From Promethearchaeota archaeon (GTDB taxonomy: Archaea; Asgardarchaeota; Heimdallarchaeia; Hodarchaeales; Hodarchaeaceae): DNA of 64,000 nucleotides. Positions 20,461-30,769 of this stretch are shown piece by piece. The notes below the pieces were generated by a model that saw only the letters and a program-made list of their open reading frames with translations, did no database searches and was not told the origin of the DNA. The position numbers and the translations under genes are program-made. Position 1 is the stretch's first letter. Every line of letters begins with the position of its first letter. The stretch lies in NCBI GenBank assembly GCA_048938105.1, contig JBHLMN010000012.1, positions 141,158 to 205,157 on the forward strand. Reading direction: 5' to 3'.

Positions 20461-21538
20461 GAACATCAATTTACCTGTTAGTATCTTATTCATCATCATT
20501 GTTATATGGGGAATTAATAGTGGGATCCTTTGGTTAAATCTGTACAACCAACAGATTCAAGATAAAACATGGTTAAGCTCAACACCAGAGGCTCAGGGGA
20601 TGGATGCAGAAATACTTGAACAAGTAATTGGAGATATTAAACAGGAAAAGATAGGCATTGACTCATTGCTAATAATCCGTCATGGGTATATAGTATTTGA
20701 AAACTACCCGAATTTAGAGGAGTATCTTAGTCATATTATGTCCAATCAGGATAATATGCACTCTTTATATTCAGTTACAAAAAGCTTTACTTCTACCCTC
20801 ATAGGTATAGCAATAAAAGAAGGATACATTGAAAATACCAGTTTAAAAGTGGTTGACTTTTTTCCTGACAAAATGATTGAAAACTTGGACTCCCGAAAGA
20901 AGAACATGACCCTTGACCACCTTTTAACTATGACTTCGGGTTTTGAATGGGATGAGTGGACTGGTGACAGCGCAATTAAGATGTTGGGAAGTGCTAATCC
21001 TATTGAACATATGCTTAATCTACCTATGAAATATGATCCAGGAACTGTATTGGTCTATTGTACTGGAGCATCTCATCTGTTGTCTGCAATCATCCAGAAA
21101 GCAACAGGACACACAACTCTTGAATTCGCTCGTAAATACCTCTTTAAACCACTGGGAGTATCTGAAGTACAATGGACTTATGATCAACAAAATGTTTATC
21201 ATGGGGGTCATGGTTTATCTTTAAGATCCCGAGATATAGCCAAACTTGGTTATTTGTACCTGAATCATGGTATATGGAATGGAAAGCAAATTATATCAAA
21301 AGACTGGGTAAACAAATCAACCCAAACCTATAATTTCTTCCATGAAGATAACGGTTATGGATATCATTGGTGGACATGGCCTCAAAGTAATGTATATTAT
21401 GCAAGTGGTCTATATGGTCAGAGAATTTATGTGGCTCCAGATTATGATCTGGTGGTTGTTTTCACAGCGAATATTTCAAATGAATTGGTGTTAGATGATT
21501 TATTCAATTCCATACTAATTTCTATAACCTCTAAATAA
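20453..21538 (+). CDS. Serine hydrolase, beta-lactamase/class C family, membrane-anchored
   Basis: SVTK (SxxK), LLTMTSG, YCT, YGYHWW, ASGLYGQ; N-terminal TM helix. Confidence 0.88.
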   Translation: MNRNINLPVSILFIIIVIWGINSGILWLNLYNQQIQDKTWLSSTPEAQGMDAEILEQVIGDIKQEKIGIDSLLIIRHGYIVFENYPNLEEYLSHIMSNQDNMHSLYSVTKSFTSTLIGIAIKEGYIENTSLKVVDFFPDKMIENLDSRKKNMTLDHLLTMTSGFEWDEWTGDSAIKMLGSANPIEHMLNLPMKYDPGTVLVYCTGASHLLSAIIQKATGHTTLEFARKYLFKPLGVSEVQWTYDQQNVYHGGHGLSLRSRDIAKLGYLYLNHGIWNGKQIISKDWVNKSTQTYNFFHEDNGYGYHWWTWPQSNVYYASGLYGQRIYVAPDYDLVVVFTANISNELVLDDLFNSILISITSK

Positions 21539-21679
21539 GTGAATTTAATCCTTCAGTTCTTACTTTTTCTATTGATTTTTAAATTTACTATAATCCTAAA
21601 TGGATCTAAGAAAAGGTATTGATAGATCTTTCAGATTCTAAGAAGCTGGGATTAATACTTAAGTAAAAAAAAGAAGATT

Positions 21680-22294
21680 GTGAATGCCATGAATAGTATT
21701 CCTAAATCAGTTCTTGCTTCCCTTGAATACTCCACTGATGGCAAAACATGGTTACAAGGGAAAGGAGAGCGTTTTATTAGAAAATTAGGGATTAAGGAAG
21801 ACCAATCAATACTTGACTTTGGCTGTCGTATTGGTCATTATGTAATACCTAGTGCTGTCGTTGTTGGGCCAACTGGGCGAGTTTATGCTCTTGACAAAGA
21901 CCATGATTCTCTAGATTTTTTAATAGAAAATGCAAAGAAACTCGATTTAATTAATCGCATCATTCCGATTAAGACTACAGGAGAGCTGAATATATCCCTA
22001 GAGAATGATTGTATTGATACCGTCCTTTTATATGATATTATTCATATAATCATTGGTATTGATGGCACTCTTAAACCTCTTCAGTTGTTATTAACCGAAC
22101 TATCTCGGATTCTTAAATCTGGAGGGTTATTATCCGTATTTATATCAGCAAATCACTTAAGCAAAATAAATTACACAAAACAAGATATTATTGATGAAAT
22201 TAACAAAATTTTTACTTATAGGAACATGTTCAAGGAAGAAATGATGCACTGGGATTGGTTAATGGAAGGACAAGTTGAGAATTTTAATCTTTGA
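21680..22294 (+). CDS. Class I SAM-dependent methyltransferase
   Basis: LDFGCRIG, VYALD, RILKSGG. Confidence 0.85.
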   Translation: MNAMNSIPKSVLASLEYSTDGKTWLQGKGERFIRKLGIKEDQSILDFGCRIGHYVIPSAVVVGPTGRVYALDKDHDSLDFLIENAKKLDLINRIIPIKTTGELNISLENDCIDTVLLYDIIHIIIGIDGTLKPLQLLLTELSRILKSGGLLSVFISANHLSKINYTKQDIIDEINKIFTYRNMFKEEMMHWDWLMEGQVENFNL

Positions 22295-22322
22295 GTAAGC
22301 ATACCTTAAATAATAGTTTCTT

Positions 22323-23747
22323 CTATTGATTCATAAAACAACCTAGCACTTGAGTTTGAAATGCTTTTTTGTCTTCAAGCGCCAGAAACCATTCAACTAG
22401 CTTAACTGCCTCAAAAAACACATTGTGCTGTTCAAATTCAAAATTCGCGGTCACTTCGATGGGAGGATTAGTAATTGATTTTACATAGTCGTCTGTAAAC
22501 AGAGTTGCCTTGAATCTTTCCAGATCAGTTAATATTGTAAGCAATTTTGTATAATCATAACCCCTTTTAGCATTTGCGTGAACTAACAGAGCTCCAACAA
22601 TTTCGACAATTTCCTCCCATTTATCTGATTTAAAATCCTTTACTAACATTTCTTTAGAGACATAAAGAGCTTTTCTAACGTATAGTATCTCTGTAAGAGC
22701 TTTTCCTTCTCTTATTCGACGACCAGCTTCAACGATGAGTCCCGCGTTTTTCATAATCTGTAAATAATTGTAAACAGTACTTTTTTTCTTTTTACGAGGA
22801 GTATAGTTTATTTTTTTCCCAACTTTTCTATCCTCTTCAATCCTTGCCAAAACTGCGTTATGATGTTGCTCGTGGATCTCGTTAAGAGTCATGGGTTTTC
22901 TTAATAATAACAAAATAGCCCTGTGATTATAATTCCAAACGACTGTATCCCAAGTTTCTACGTCAAGAGTGTGTACCAACATTGGAGTGTATTCGATATA
23001 ATCAATAGTAGAGGAACCTGAATCTGAAATATTGTTCTGGTTTTCCCTTTTTGAATCACGGATGTTACCAGTTGGTTTACTCTCATTATAACACGAGCTT
23101 AATCTTTCACTAATACAATTGAGATCTTTCTTTTGCATTATCCAATGAAAAAGAGAAAAAAGGTCAAATGACTGAGTGATAGTATCGGGATCTGACATGT
23201 TAAGTTTCTTGATGAATTCATTCTTTTCCTTGTCGGATTTAGAGTCTTCTACTAAATCTTTTAGTGCATTTTTTAAGCCACAATATCGTTCAGTCTCGAA
23301 TTGGTGAAAAAGGTCTTTCAATAGTTGGACTGAAGGTGGTTTATGGTTGAAATGCTTATCAATAACGGTTCCTATACAAAGGGCTATATTCTCCCCAATT
23401 TTATCAGAGGACCATATTTTGATTTCTGGACGTTCAGGGATTATTATTTCTGCTACCAGATCGTAAAGCACTTTTGAGGATGTGTGAGGAGATTGAAATA
23501 ATCGACCAGCCTTAATCAAAATGTCATTATCTAATAAGTCATTCAAGTATCGATAAATTGAACTGACAGATTTCTGAGTATTTTCTCTGTTATTGTACTC
23601 CTTGTGGATTTCATCTATCGATAATGGCTTATCTGATAAAATCTCAATAATGGGGTGGTAATCTGGATTGTGTACGTATTTATGCCAAATATCTCTATCA
23701 ATCCCAATGATAAATTGTCGTTTTTTATTGATAAATGTCTTGACCAT
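22323..23747 (-). CDS. Protein with two tandem winged-HTH-containing repeats, probable regulator
   Basis: Repeat 1 KPLSIDEIH..SSIYRYLNDL..LIKAGR..VLY; repeat 2 KPMTLNEIH..STVYNYLQIM..IVEAGR..ILY; ATG at 23747 preferred over the upstream TTG. Confidence 0.7.
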   Translation of the reverse strand: MVKTFINKKRQFIIGIDRDIWHKYVHNPDYHPIIEILSDKPLSIDEIHKEYNNRENTQKSVSSIYRYLNDLLDNDILIKAGRLFQSPHTSSKVLYDLVAEIIIPERPEIKIWSSDKIGENIALCIGTVIDKHFNHKPPSVQLLKDLFHQFETERYCGLKNALKDLVEDSKSDKEKNEFIKKLNMSDPDTITQSFDLFSLFHWIMQKKDLNCISERLSSCYNESKPTGNIRDSKRENQNNISDSGSSTIDYIEYTPMLVHTLDVETWDTVVWNYNHRAILLLLRKPMTLNEIHEQHHNAVLARIEEDRKVGKKINYTPRKKKKSTVYNYLQIMKNAGLIVEAGRRIREGKALTEILYVRKALYVSKEMLVKDFKSDKWEEIVEIVGALLVHANAKRGYDYTKLLTILTDLERFKATLFTDDYVKSITNPPIEVTANFEFEQHNVFFEAVKLVEWFLALEDKKAFQTQVLGCFMNQ

Positions 23748-24008
23748 AATTTTTCCACAAAAATTGAATCTTGGAATAGATTTTCTCAAATTGGATAATA
23801 AAATTTTTGCATGTTTTCAAATTATTTTTAGCCAATATCATAAGATTTAAAAAAAGCTGAGGAACATCTGGTTTTTCATAGAATATATTTGAAAAAAGAT
23901 GAAAAATATAATAGAATTCGTATTTCTAGAGAAATATCGATTTTCAATAGTTTAATCTCTAAAAATAATATTCTTAATGCATTTAAATTCTCTTAGGTGT
24001 AGGAATGA

Positions 24009-25355
24009 ATGGTAATTCGTCGCTATTTAGGTATTGAGAGTTTACCAGAGGAAGCAAAATCAATGGTTAAGAATTTTTTAACAATCGAATTGTTAAATTC
24101 GTTTTTATTTAGCTTATCTAGCACATTCTATATTCTCAATGCCATTGACAAAATTGGATTTACTTTGGCTGCAGTCATCACTTCAGTGATGTTAATGATT
24201 CAGCTCATGTGTGATTTTCCCTCTGGATCATTAGGCGATTATATTGGCCAGAAGTGGGTGATGACACTTGCTTATATCTGTTATAGTATGGCCTTCTTTT
24301 TATTATCAATAGCTCAGACATTTCCAATTTTTCTATTGATAGCATTATTCAATGGCTTAGGAAATGCTCAATCTTCTGGAACAATTGAATCTTGGTTCGA
24401 CTCAAACTATAAAAGAACATCAAAACAGTTTGACCCTGAAAGGAAGGTTTATGGTTTTGTAAGAGATCGTGTAGGTCTTGCCACCAATATTTCTCTTGCC
24501 ATTTCATTCATGATAGGTGGGACTCTAGCTACCGTTTTTTCACGTCAACTTGTTTTTTTTCTCCAGGTTTTTTTGACCATTTTTCTGATTGTGTATACTT
24601 TGAAAAATCTTAATGATATAGATTTCGATGGTGATCTCTCTGGTGAGAGCGAATCCCAAAAACGGTCTTACGTCCAATATCTTAAAGGAGGAATCAAGTT
24701 TATGTTTCTAAGTAAAGCCACGTTTTTCCTCATACTTGGTCTAGCAATCTATCAAGTAACTTGGTTGATTTGGGGCAATTTAATTCTTTTTCCTCTCTAT
24801 TTTGGTTATACAGGCTCAGATTTCGGAACAAGTGTTATTAGGACAATTATCTTTCTCTTAGAAATCCCTGCAAGGTTGTATGTCGCTAAATGGAGTACCC
24901 GCTTTAAAAATGCCCAGTTCCCCTTCTTCCTTTTTCTTCATCTGTCTATCTTCTTTCCTGCTTATCTCATATTGTTCTTGTTATTACCTCCCCAAAATAG
25001 TTTCAATTTGATTGGATTTCTAGCCACTATAATTATAATGAATGTATCCAACAGTTTCATTGTAAGGATAGCATACATTCTGCGAGATCGAATTATTATT
25101 GATTTAGTTCCTTCAGAGGTTAGAAATTCGGTTTATTCACTAATCCCAACAATAATCTCTGTTTTTGGAATTCCACTGCTTGTTATTGTTGGTCAATTGG
25201 TGGAATATTTTGGATTGATCGCTGGGGTTGTATTTGCTTTTGGGATTTGCATCACTGGTTCTTCAATTCTGCTTATTTCCTTGAAACTAGGCCCTATTAC
25301 TAAATTAGCTGAAGATATCCAGCTTACGAGTTCAAAGACTATTATAGGGGGATGA
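24009..25355 (+). CDS. MFS transporter
   Basis: DFPSGSLGDYIGQK motif A, about 12 TM, VPSEVRNSVYS. Confidence 0.88.
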   Translation: MVIRRYLGIESLPEEAKSMVKNFLTIELLNSFLFSLSSTFYILNAIDKIGFTLAAVITSVMLMIQLMCDFPSGSLGDYIGQKWVMTLAYICYSMAFFLLSIAQTFPIFLLIALFNGLGNAQSSGTIESWFDSNYKRTSKQFDPERKVYGFVRDRVGLATNISLAISFMIGGTLATVFSRQLVFFLQVFLTIFLIVYTLKNLNDIDFDGDLSGESESQKRSYVQYLKGGIKFMFLSKATFFLILGLAIYQVTWLIWGNLILFPLYFGYTGSDFGTSVIRTIIFLLEIPARLYVAKWSTRFKNAQFPFFLFLHLSIFFPAYLILFLLLPPQNSFNLIGFLATIIIMNVSNSFIVRIAYILRDRIIIDLVPSEVRNSVYSLIPTIISVFGIPLLVIVGQLVEYFGLIAGVVFAFGICITGSSILLISLKLGPITKLAEDIQLTSSKTIIGG

Positions 25356-25455
25356 ATAAGGAGTCTTTAAGTGGTTCTCAGAAATGGACCTAGGATGATA
25401 GGCTTGATTACGACTTAATCCTTGATGTGGTTTAAATACGATCCAAATTATGCCT

Positions 25456-25806
25456 TTATATGTTAGTCTTTCCTTCATCAGTCAACATATTTTGTAGGAC
25501 TGAAGAAAGGTTGGATGCATATTCAACAATGGATTTCCTTCCCTCTATACTTAGATATAAAACAGTTGTGGGCTTTAGGTCTATAAACTTTTTTTTAACC
25601 TCAATAAATCCTTTATTCTGGAGTTTTTTTATGTGAGACGATAAATTTCCACTTGTCAAACCTAAAGCCTTTTGTATAATAGTAAAAGGGGCCCTACCTC
25701 GCGGTAGGAGGAACATTAGAATAGAAAGCCGTGTTGGATTATGGAGATCTACATCTAATTCCAAGACAGTTTGAATATCATCCTTCTGAGAATCTGCAGC
25801 ATTCAA
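25456..25806 (-). CDS. Winged-HTH transcriptional regulator (HTH_34/MarR-like)
   Basis: LHNPTRLSIL, LTSGNLSSHIKKL..GFI..K. Confidence 0.88.
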   Translation of the reverse strand: MNAADSQKDDIQTVLELDVDLHNPTRLSILMFLLPRGRAPFTIIQKALGLTSGNLSSHIKKLQNKGFIEVKKKFIDLKPTTVLYLSIEGRKSIVEYASNLSSVLQNMLTDEGKTNI

Positions 25807-25926
25807 CTGGATCGTGAGGTATAGAAAACAATAATTTTTATGTTTTTGGAATGTCTAGGCAACACGCTTCTCCTTCCCCATAATCTTTATTCCAGTAAAA
25901 AATAAACTTATTTTTGCGATCGTGGT

Positions 25927-26598
25927 TCATTCAGGAATATCTATCTTCTCTATATAAGTATCTATATATCTTCGATTCCAAAAAGCACCGAAGCAGAAAC
26001 TAGTTCCAAAAGTGAAGCCAAAAATTAAGCCTCCATAGAGGAAAAATTCGGGATCAATAAAATTCCCAAGTAACATGATTATTGCAGCAGAAAATGATAC
26101 TATTGGAACCATGAGATAACCCTGTTTAGGTAAAATCTCTTCATATTTCAAATAATATTTTTTATCTTGTACTAATGCTGTAAATCCACTTATAAGGGCA
26201 ATCGTTGGAAAAGTTAGATATTGTAATTTAGCAAAGCTGAAAAAGATTACAGCTACTCCCATTATAAAGAAACTTCCAATTAGAAATAGGTTATTACTAT
26301 TAATTCCTTTTTCTTGAGTTTTTCGACTGTATATGTTCGTGAGATGACGATCAGAAAAACTTTGGATAATTAAACCTGAAACCATCGCTAGTATCCATGG
26401 TGTAATACTTGCAAGTCCAAAGAATTGCAAACTTGAAAACACGCCATCTAAGATCCCTGCACCTACCAAAAGTAATCCCCAGATAAGACGAGCCATACTA
26501 TCCTTTTGAATCATAAATGTTTTCTCAAAAGCCTTTACTCGGTTCATATAATAGAGTAATTGTTTAATATCTGCAGGTGAAATTATGCTATTTTCCAT
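25927..26598 (-). CDS. Membrane protein associated with the HTH_34 regulator
   Basis: About 6 hydrophobic segments after a short soluble N-terminus. Confidence 0.6.
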   Translation of the reverse strand: MENSIISPADIKQLLYYMNRVKAFEKTFMIQKDSMARLIWGLLLVGAGILDGVFSSLQFFGLASITPWILAMVSGLIIQSFSDRHLTNIYSRKTQEKGINSNNLFLIGSFFIMGVAVIFFSFAKLQYLTFPTIALISGFTALVQDKKYYLKYEEILPKQGYLMVPIVSFSAAIIMLLGNFIDPEFFLYGGLIFGFTFGTSFCFGAFWNRRYIDTYIEKIDIPE

Positions 26599-26638
26599 AG
26601 GAACATATATTCATTCTAAGTTTATATATGACCTACTA

Positions 26639-26655
26639 ACTTTGAACCACAAAGT
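26639..26655. promoter_or_regulatory. Palindrome ACTTTG-N5-CAAAGT, putative operator
   Basis: Perfect 6-bp arms in the divergent spacer between the regulator unit and the ABC unit. Confidence 0.55.
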
Positions 26656-26761
26656 GGCTTGTTATTCAAACTTCTTGGCGTTACGGCTATTATTGCTATT
26701 ATTTAAGGAGGGAAAAATTAGTACCAATCAGATTAAACAATTAGAAAAAACAAAATGAAAA

Positions 26762-27721
26762 ATGGGAATGAAACAGATGTCAATAATTATCGAAACAAAT
26801 GGGCTTAGTAAAACCTTCAATGGTGTCCAAGCCCTAAAACCATTAAATCTAAAGGTACGAAAAAACTCAATTTTTGGATTTCTTGGTCCAAACGGTGCTG
26901 GTAAGACCACCACGATGAAATTATTACTTGGACTTATCAAACCTACAAATGGTGGTGGTACTATCTTTGGTCATGATATTGTACAAGATAATATCAACAT
27001 TCGAGCTCGTATTGGTTACTTACCACAAGATCTTAACATTAAAACCCTTGAACATTTGAGTGCACGTGAATTACTCCGTTTTGCAGCCAAATTCTATTTT
27101 AAGGGTCCTAAAAAGATGATTGAAGATCGAGTACAAGAAATGCTTGATCTGGTAGGTCTAGCGGAGAAAGCTGATAGGCCAATTGCAGGTTTTTCTGGTG
27201 GAGAAGTTCAGCGTTTGGGGATCGCTCAAGCCCAAATCAATTACCCTGATTTACTAATATTAGATGAACCAGCTGCTTCCCTTGACCCGATTGGTCGTCG
27301 TGATGTGCTTGAGGTTATGGAAAGGCTTCGTAAGTATACAACTATTTTCTATAGCACTCATATTCTCGACGATGTGCAGAAAGTTAGTGATAGTGTTGCT
27401 ATTCTTAACAAAGGGGAACTGATTGCTCAAGGATCTATTGAGGAGTTATTAGCTGGAAGTGAGGGGTTAATCTATAACATTAAAATCAGAGGTGACACTA
27501 CTAAAGCTTACAATTACATTTCTGGCGAGCCTTGGATAAAAGATATCAATATTCTTGAGAAGAATGGCTATACAACTTGGCAGATAGGAGTAACCGATGC
27601 TTCTCTTGCTGAACAAAATTTACTCAGACTCTTGCTCAAAGATGAGCAATTAAGAGTCGTTGAATTTCAACAAAAGAGCTTTGAACTAGAAGATGTTTTC
27701 CTGAACTTAGTAGAAGGTTAA
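26762..27721 (+). CDS. ABC-2 type exporter ATP-binding subunit
   Basis: GPNGAGKTT, FSGGE, ILDEP, STH. Confidence 0.95.
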   Translation: MGMKQMSIIIETNGLSKTFNGVQALKPLNLKVRKNSIFGFLGPNGAGKTTTMKLLLGLIKPTNGGGTIFGHDIVQDNINIRARIGYLPQDLNIKTLEHLSARELLRFAAKFYFKGPKKMIEDRVQEMLDLVGLAEKADRPIAGFSGGEVQRLGIAQAQINYPDLLILDEPAASLDPIGRRDVLEVMERLRKYTTIFYSTHILDDVQKVSDSVAILNKGELIAQGSIEELLAGSEGLIYNIKIRGDTTKAYNYISGEPWIKDINILEKNGYTTWQIGVTDASLAEQNLLRLLLKDEQLRVVEFQQKSFELEDVFLNLVEG

Positions 27722-27725
27722 GAAA

Positions 27726-28505
27726 ATGGTAACAAACTCAGAATTTAATTTAAGAACAGTAAAAGGGTGGAGAACTGGTTTAAATAACCTATTATCTGCG
27801 GAATTTGGTCGTTGGGGAACCAAAGATTGGTATATTGCGATGGCCCTTTGGGTGGGGATTATTAACCTATCCCTTCTTGGGATGCTTTCTGGAATAGAAG
27901 ATGTACCAGCTGCATTAATGGTACTAGGATTACTTGCTGGAATGTTTCCAGTAATAAATGTCGTCATCTTATTGCAAGATGTTATTATTGGAGAAAAAGA
28001 AACTGGAACTGCTGGATGGATCCTTTCTAAGCCCGTTTCGCGTTCTGCATATATTCTTTCTAAACTAATAGGTAATGTTATCGGAATCGTTGTGAGCTTA
28101 GCCATAGTCCCTGGAATTGTAGCATATGCAATTTTCTATCTAGTTGGAGGAGTGTTACTACCTGTTGGTTCCTTCATTTTGGCAATTGCACTTCTCGCTC
28201 TCAGTTTGGTCTTCTTTTTAACCATGACCCTAATGTTAGGTACTTTATTGGATAATAGAGGAGGAGTCATTGGGATTCCAATGTTACTTGGTCCTGGGTA
28301 CATGTTATATTATAGTCTGCCTTTCTTATCAGTGATTCATCCGTTAGCCATGTTTTTTCCTTCAGGGAATGTCGATATTACTTTTTTTGGTGCTGTTGCA
28401 TTAGGAAAGCCAGTAGGATCTTTGCTTCCGTTGTTTACGACCATTCTAGGTATCGTTGTATTTACAATTGTAGCTCTGTGGCGTTTTAATCGTGAAGAGT
28501 TGTAA
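27726..28505 (+). CDS. ABC-2 permease
   Basis: EKETGTAGWILSKPVSR..YILSK; 6 TM; C-terminal FNREEL. Confidence 0.9.
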   Translation: MVTNSEFNLRTVKGWRTGLNNLLSAEFGRWGTKDWYIAMALWVGIINLSLLGMLSGIEDVPAALMVLGLLAGMFPVINVVILLQDVIIGEKETGTAGWILSKPVSRSAYILSKLIGNVIGIVVSLAIVPGIVAYAIFYLVGGVLLPVGSFILAIALLALSLVFFLTMTLMLGTLLDNRGGVIGIPMLLGPGYMLYYSLPFLSVIHPLAMFFPSGNVDITFFGAVALGKPVGSLLPLFTTILGIVVFTIVALWRFNREEL

Positions 28506-28555
28506 TTACCTTTACCACCTCCTTCCTTTTTTATTAAAATCTTGGTGAAAGAAAA

Positions 28556-28846
28556 TTGATACAATCAATCAAAATCCTTCGACCTAATCAAAAAATAAAA
28601 CTAGTGCTTCTTTTCTGTTCATTAGGGTTTTCATCATTATTATTTGCGATTTTTCTAAACGTCTTCAAGATTGGATTTATTTTTTCTGTGTTGTGTTGGA
28701 TGATCACTGGTGTTATAGAATCGTCCTACAATCAAAAGGAGCTAGAGAATCCAGTATTATCTTTCTCCCCACAGAATTTTATTGTCATGAGTTCAGTTGG
28801 AATTGTGATTATTAGTCTTTTTACTATTCTTCTCTTTCTTCATTAG
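28556..28846 (+). CDS. Small membrane protein
   Basis: Three hydrophobic segments; TTG start after GGTGA. Confidence 0.45.
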   Translation: MIQSIKILRPNQKIKLVLLFCSLGFSSLLFAIFLNVFKIGFIFSVLCWMITGVIESSYNQKELENPVLSFSPQNFIVMSSVGIVIISLFTILLFLH

Positions 28847-28907
28847 CTGGTATATTTTTTACCTGTTATTGGCTCTTTTTATGGCAGATAGAAAGAGATA
28901 TATTGCG

Positions 28908-29615
28908 CTAAATTGAAAATTTTGTTGTTTTGAATCTTTCTGGAACAATGACTTCTATTTCAGGTAACACTTTTTCCATAAGAACTTTGAACTGTTTAAT
29001 ATCTTGTTTGTTACCATGAATAGGTACTGTTATTTTTGGCTGCAAGTTCATGACCATTGCTAGTGCTACTGCTGGAGAGCATGTCGTGGCTGTACCAGTT
29101 GGAACAAATGTTATGTCAGCTGAGACGTCTTTATGTCGCCAATAACCCGAATCACCCCCATGGAAGACTTTTATTCCCCCGAGATTCACAAGGTATTGGG
29201 TTATAGGACCTACATGAATTCCTCGAAGAGCTACTATTTCAAGATTTGCCACTCGATATGTCTTTGCAGATGATCCTGAATCAGCCACAGTAATCATATT
29301 TGGAGGAACACTTGCTTTGAGTTCTTCTGAAGTAAGAATATCTGCCACAACATGAGTTCCAGTCTGTTTGATTATTTCTAAGGCTTCTTTATTTAGATAA
29401 TGGTCCCAATGATTGTGAGTGAAAAAAAGAAGATCAAGCTGTTTAAGTACTGACACCTCTGGTTTTCCTAGACTCCTACTTGGGTCAAATGCGATTGTAA
29501 TGTCTTTTGATCTTAAGATAACTCCGCTATATCCTAAAAAAATGAATACAAATTCGTTTACATCTAATCCAAGCGAATATAATGTTTTTATTGCTTCAAC
29601 TTTGCTCTGTACCAC
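28908..29615 (-). CDS. MBL-fold metallohydrolase
   Basis: THNHWDH, FHGGDS, PIHG. Confidence 0.88.
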   Translation of the reverse strand: MVQSKVEAIKTLYSLGLDVNEFVFIFLGYSGVILRSKDITIAFDPSRSLGKPEVSVLKQLDLLFFTHNHWDHYLNKEALEIIKQTGTHVVADILTSEELKASVPPNMITVADSGSSAKTYRVANLEIVALRGIHVGPITQYLVNLGGIKVFHGGDSGYWRHKDVSADITFVPTGTATTCSPAVALAMVMNLQPKITVPIHGNKQDIKQFKVLMEKVLPEIEVIVPERFKTTKFSI

Positions 29616-29778
29616 TACTAATCCCTTGTTATTCTATAATCAATATGGCTGTAAATTTTTGTTTGACTTTATTCATAAATACCTCTATTTCTTTATGATA
29701 TTTCATTTACTGAGAAAGTGGAATAATTTCAAGAAAGTAAACTTAATATCTTTAGTATTTTTCTTAGAAAACTCCCAG

Positions 29779-30621
29779 TTATTGCTTTTGGCAACTAGGA
29801 CACAAATAAATTTGTCCCCCACCAAAGCTCATTTTCTCAATTCCTGTTCCGCATTCAGGGCAATTTTTTCCTTTCATGTTTGGCCCCATTGCTGGAATAT
29901 ATTTTCCTTTCTTGGCATATATATCAATAAATTGGTTTTTACCTCCAAGTTTCATTCTCTCATGAATTAAGGCCTTAATAGCTTCATATAATGCTTTTGT
30001 CTCGTCCATATTTAGCTCTGATCCTTTCCTTTTTGGAAATAGTTTTGCTCTATAGATAATGTCCTGAAATGCACTGTTTGATATACCAACCAGGATAGCA
30101 TCCTTTCCAACTAGAATTCCCTTTAAATTCCTATTTAGAGCGCTTAATTCTTTAGAAAAACGTTCAAATGTGAATTCATTTTCAATTGGTGATATACCTC
30201 GTAAAAAGTCTCTTTTATACATGTAAGAGTTAACCAGTTCATCATTCTTAAGCGCAAGAATACATCCCATGCTTTTTATTCGCACTGTCAATGATGTATC
30301 ATCACTGAATTGAATTTTCAGGTGATAATTCTTTGATATTCCTTTTTCATCCTTATGGTATAGAATTTCTCCTCCGTATTCAGGAGCAATTAGTAAATTT
30401 ATGTTATTTTCTAATTCAACATGAATCACATTCCCCCTCGCTTTGATTGATGTGATTTTTCCCTTTAATAACTGATCAAAATCTTTAATATTCTTATTCA
30501 GAAAACCGACCTTTTGCATTCGTTCATAATTCTGTAAGTGGTAAGATTCTATTTGTTTTCCGATTAAAAGCTCTTTCATCTGGTCAGCAAGAATTAAAGC
30601 CTCTACTAGTTCAATACTCAT
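29779..30621 (-). CDS. Fpg/Nei-family DNA glycosylase homolog with atypical active site
   Basis: N-terminus MSIELVE, H2TH-like VGISNSAFQDIIYRAKLFP, zinc finger CPECG...LCPSCQ. Confidence 0.8.
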   Translation of the reverse strand: MSIELVEALILADQMKELLIGKQIESYHLQNYERMQKVGFLNKNIKDFDQLLKGKITSIKARGNVIHVELENNINLLIAPEYGGEILYHKDEKGISKNYHLKIQFSDDTSLTVRIKSMGCILALKNDELVNSYMYKRDFLRGISPIENEFTFERFSKELSALNRNLKGILVGKDAILVGISNSAFQDIIYRAKLFPKRKGSELNMDETKALYEAIKALIHERMKLGGKNQFIDIYAKKGKYIPAMGPNMKGKNCPECGTGIEKMSFGGGQIYLCPSCQKQ

Positions 30622-30769
30622 AATTAAATTGACCCTCTGTTAATTGAAGCTGTTCATCTTTTGCTATTGCAGCTGGACCTGCTAATTTAAATGATAAATA
30701 TGTCTTTTGAAGGTATAGAATGAGAGATAATTGACTTGAAAAATATTTCTTTTAGGATGTTTTTAGGAG

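Noticed and set aside
29419-29970. 183-aa plus-strand ORF and other short antisense or nested track ORFs (e.g. 18447-18791, 27707-28105, 51786-52166, 62491-62793, 63618-63962)
   Set aside because: They are shadows of well-supported genes and carry no recognisable motifs.
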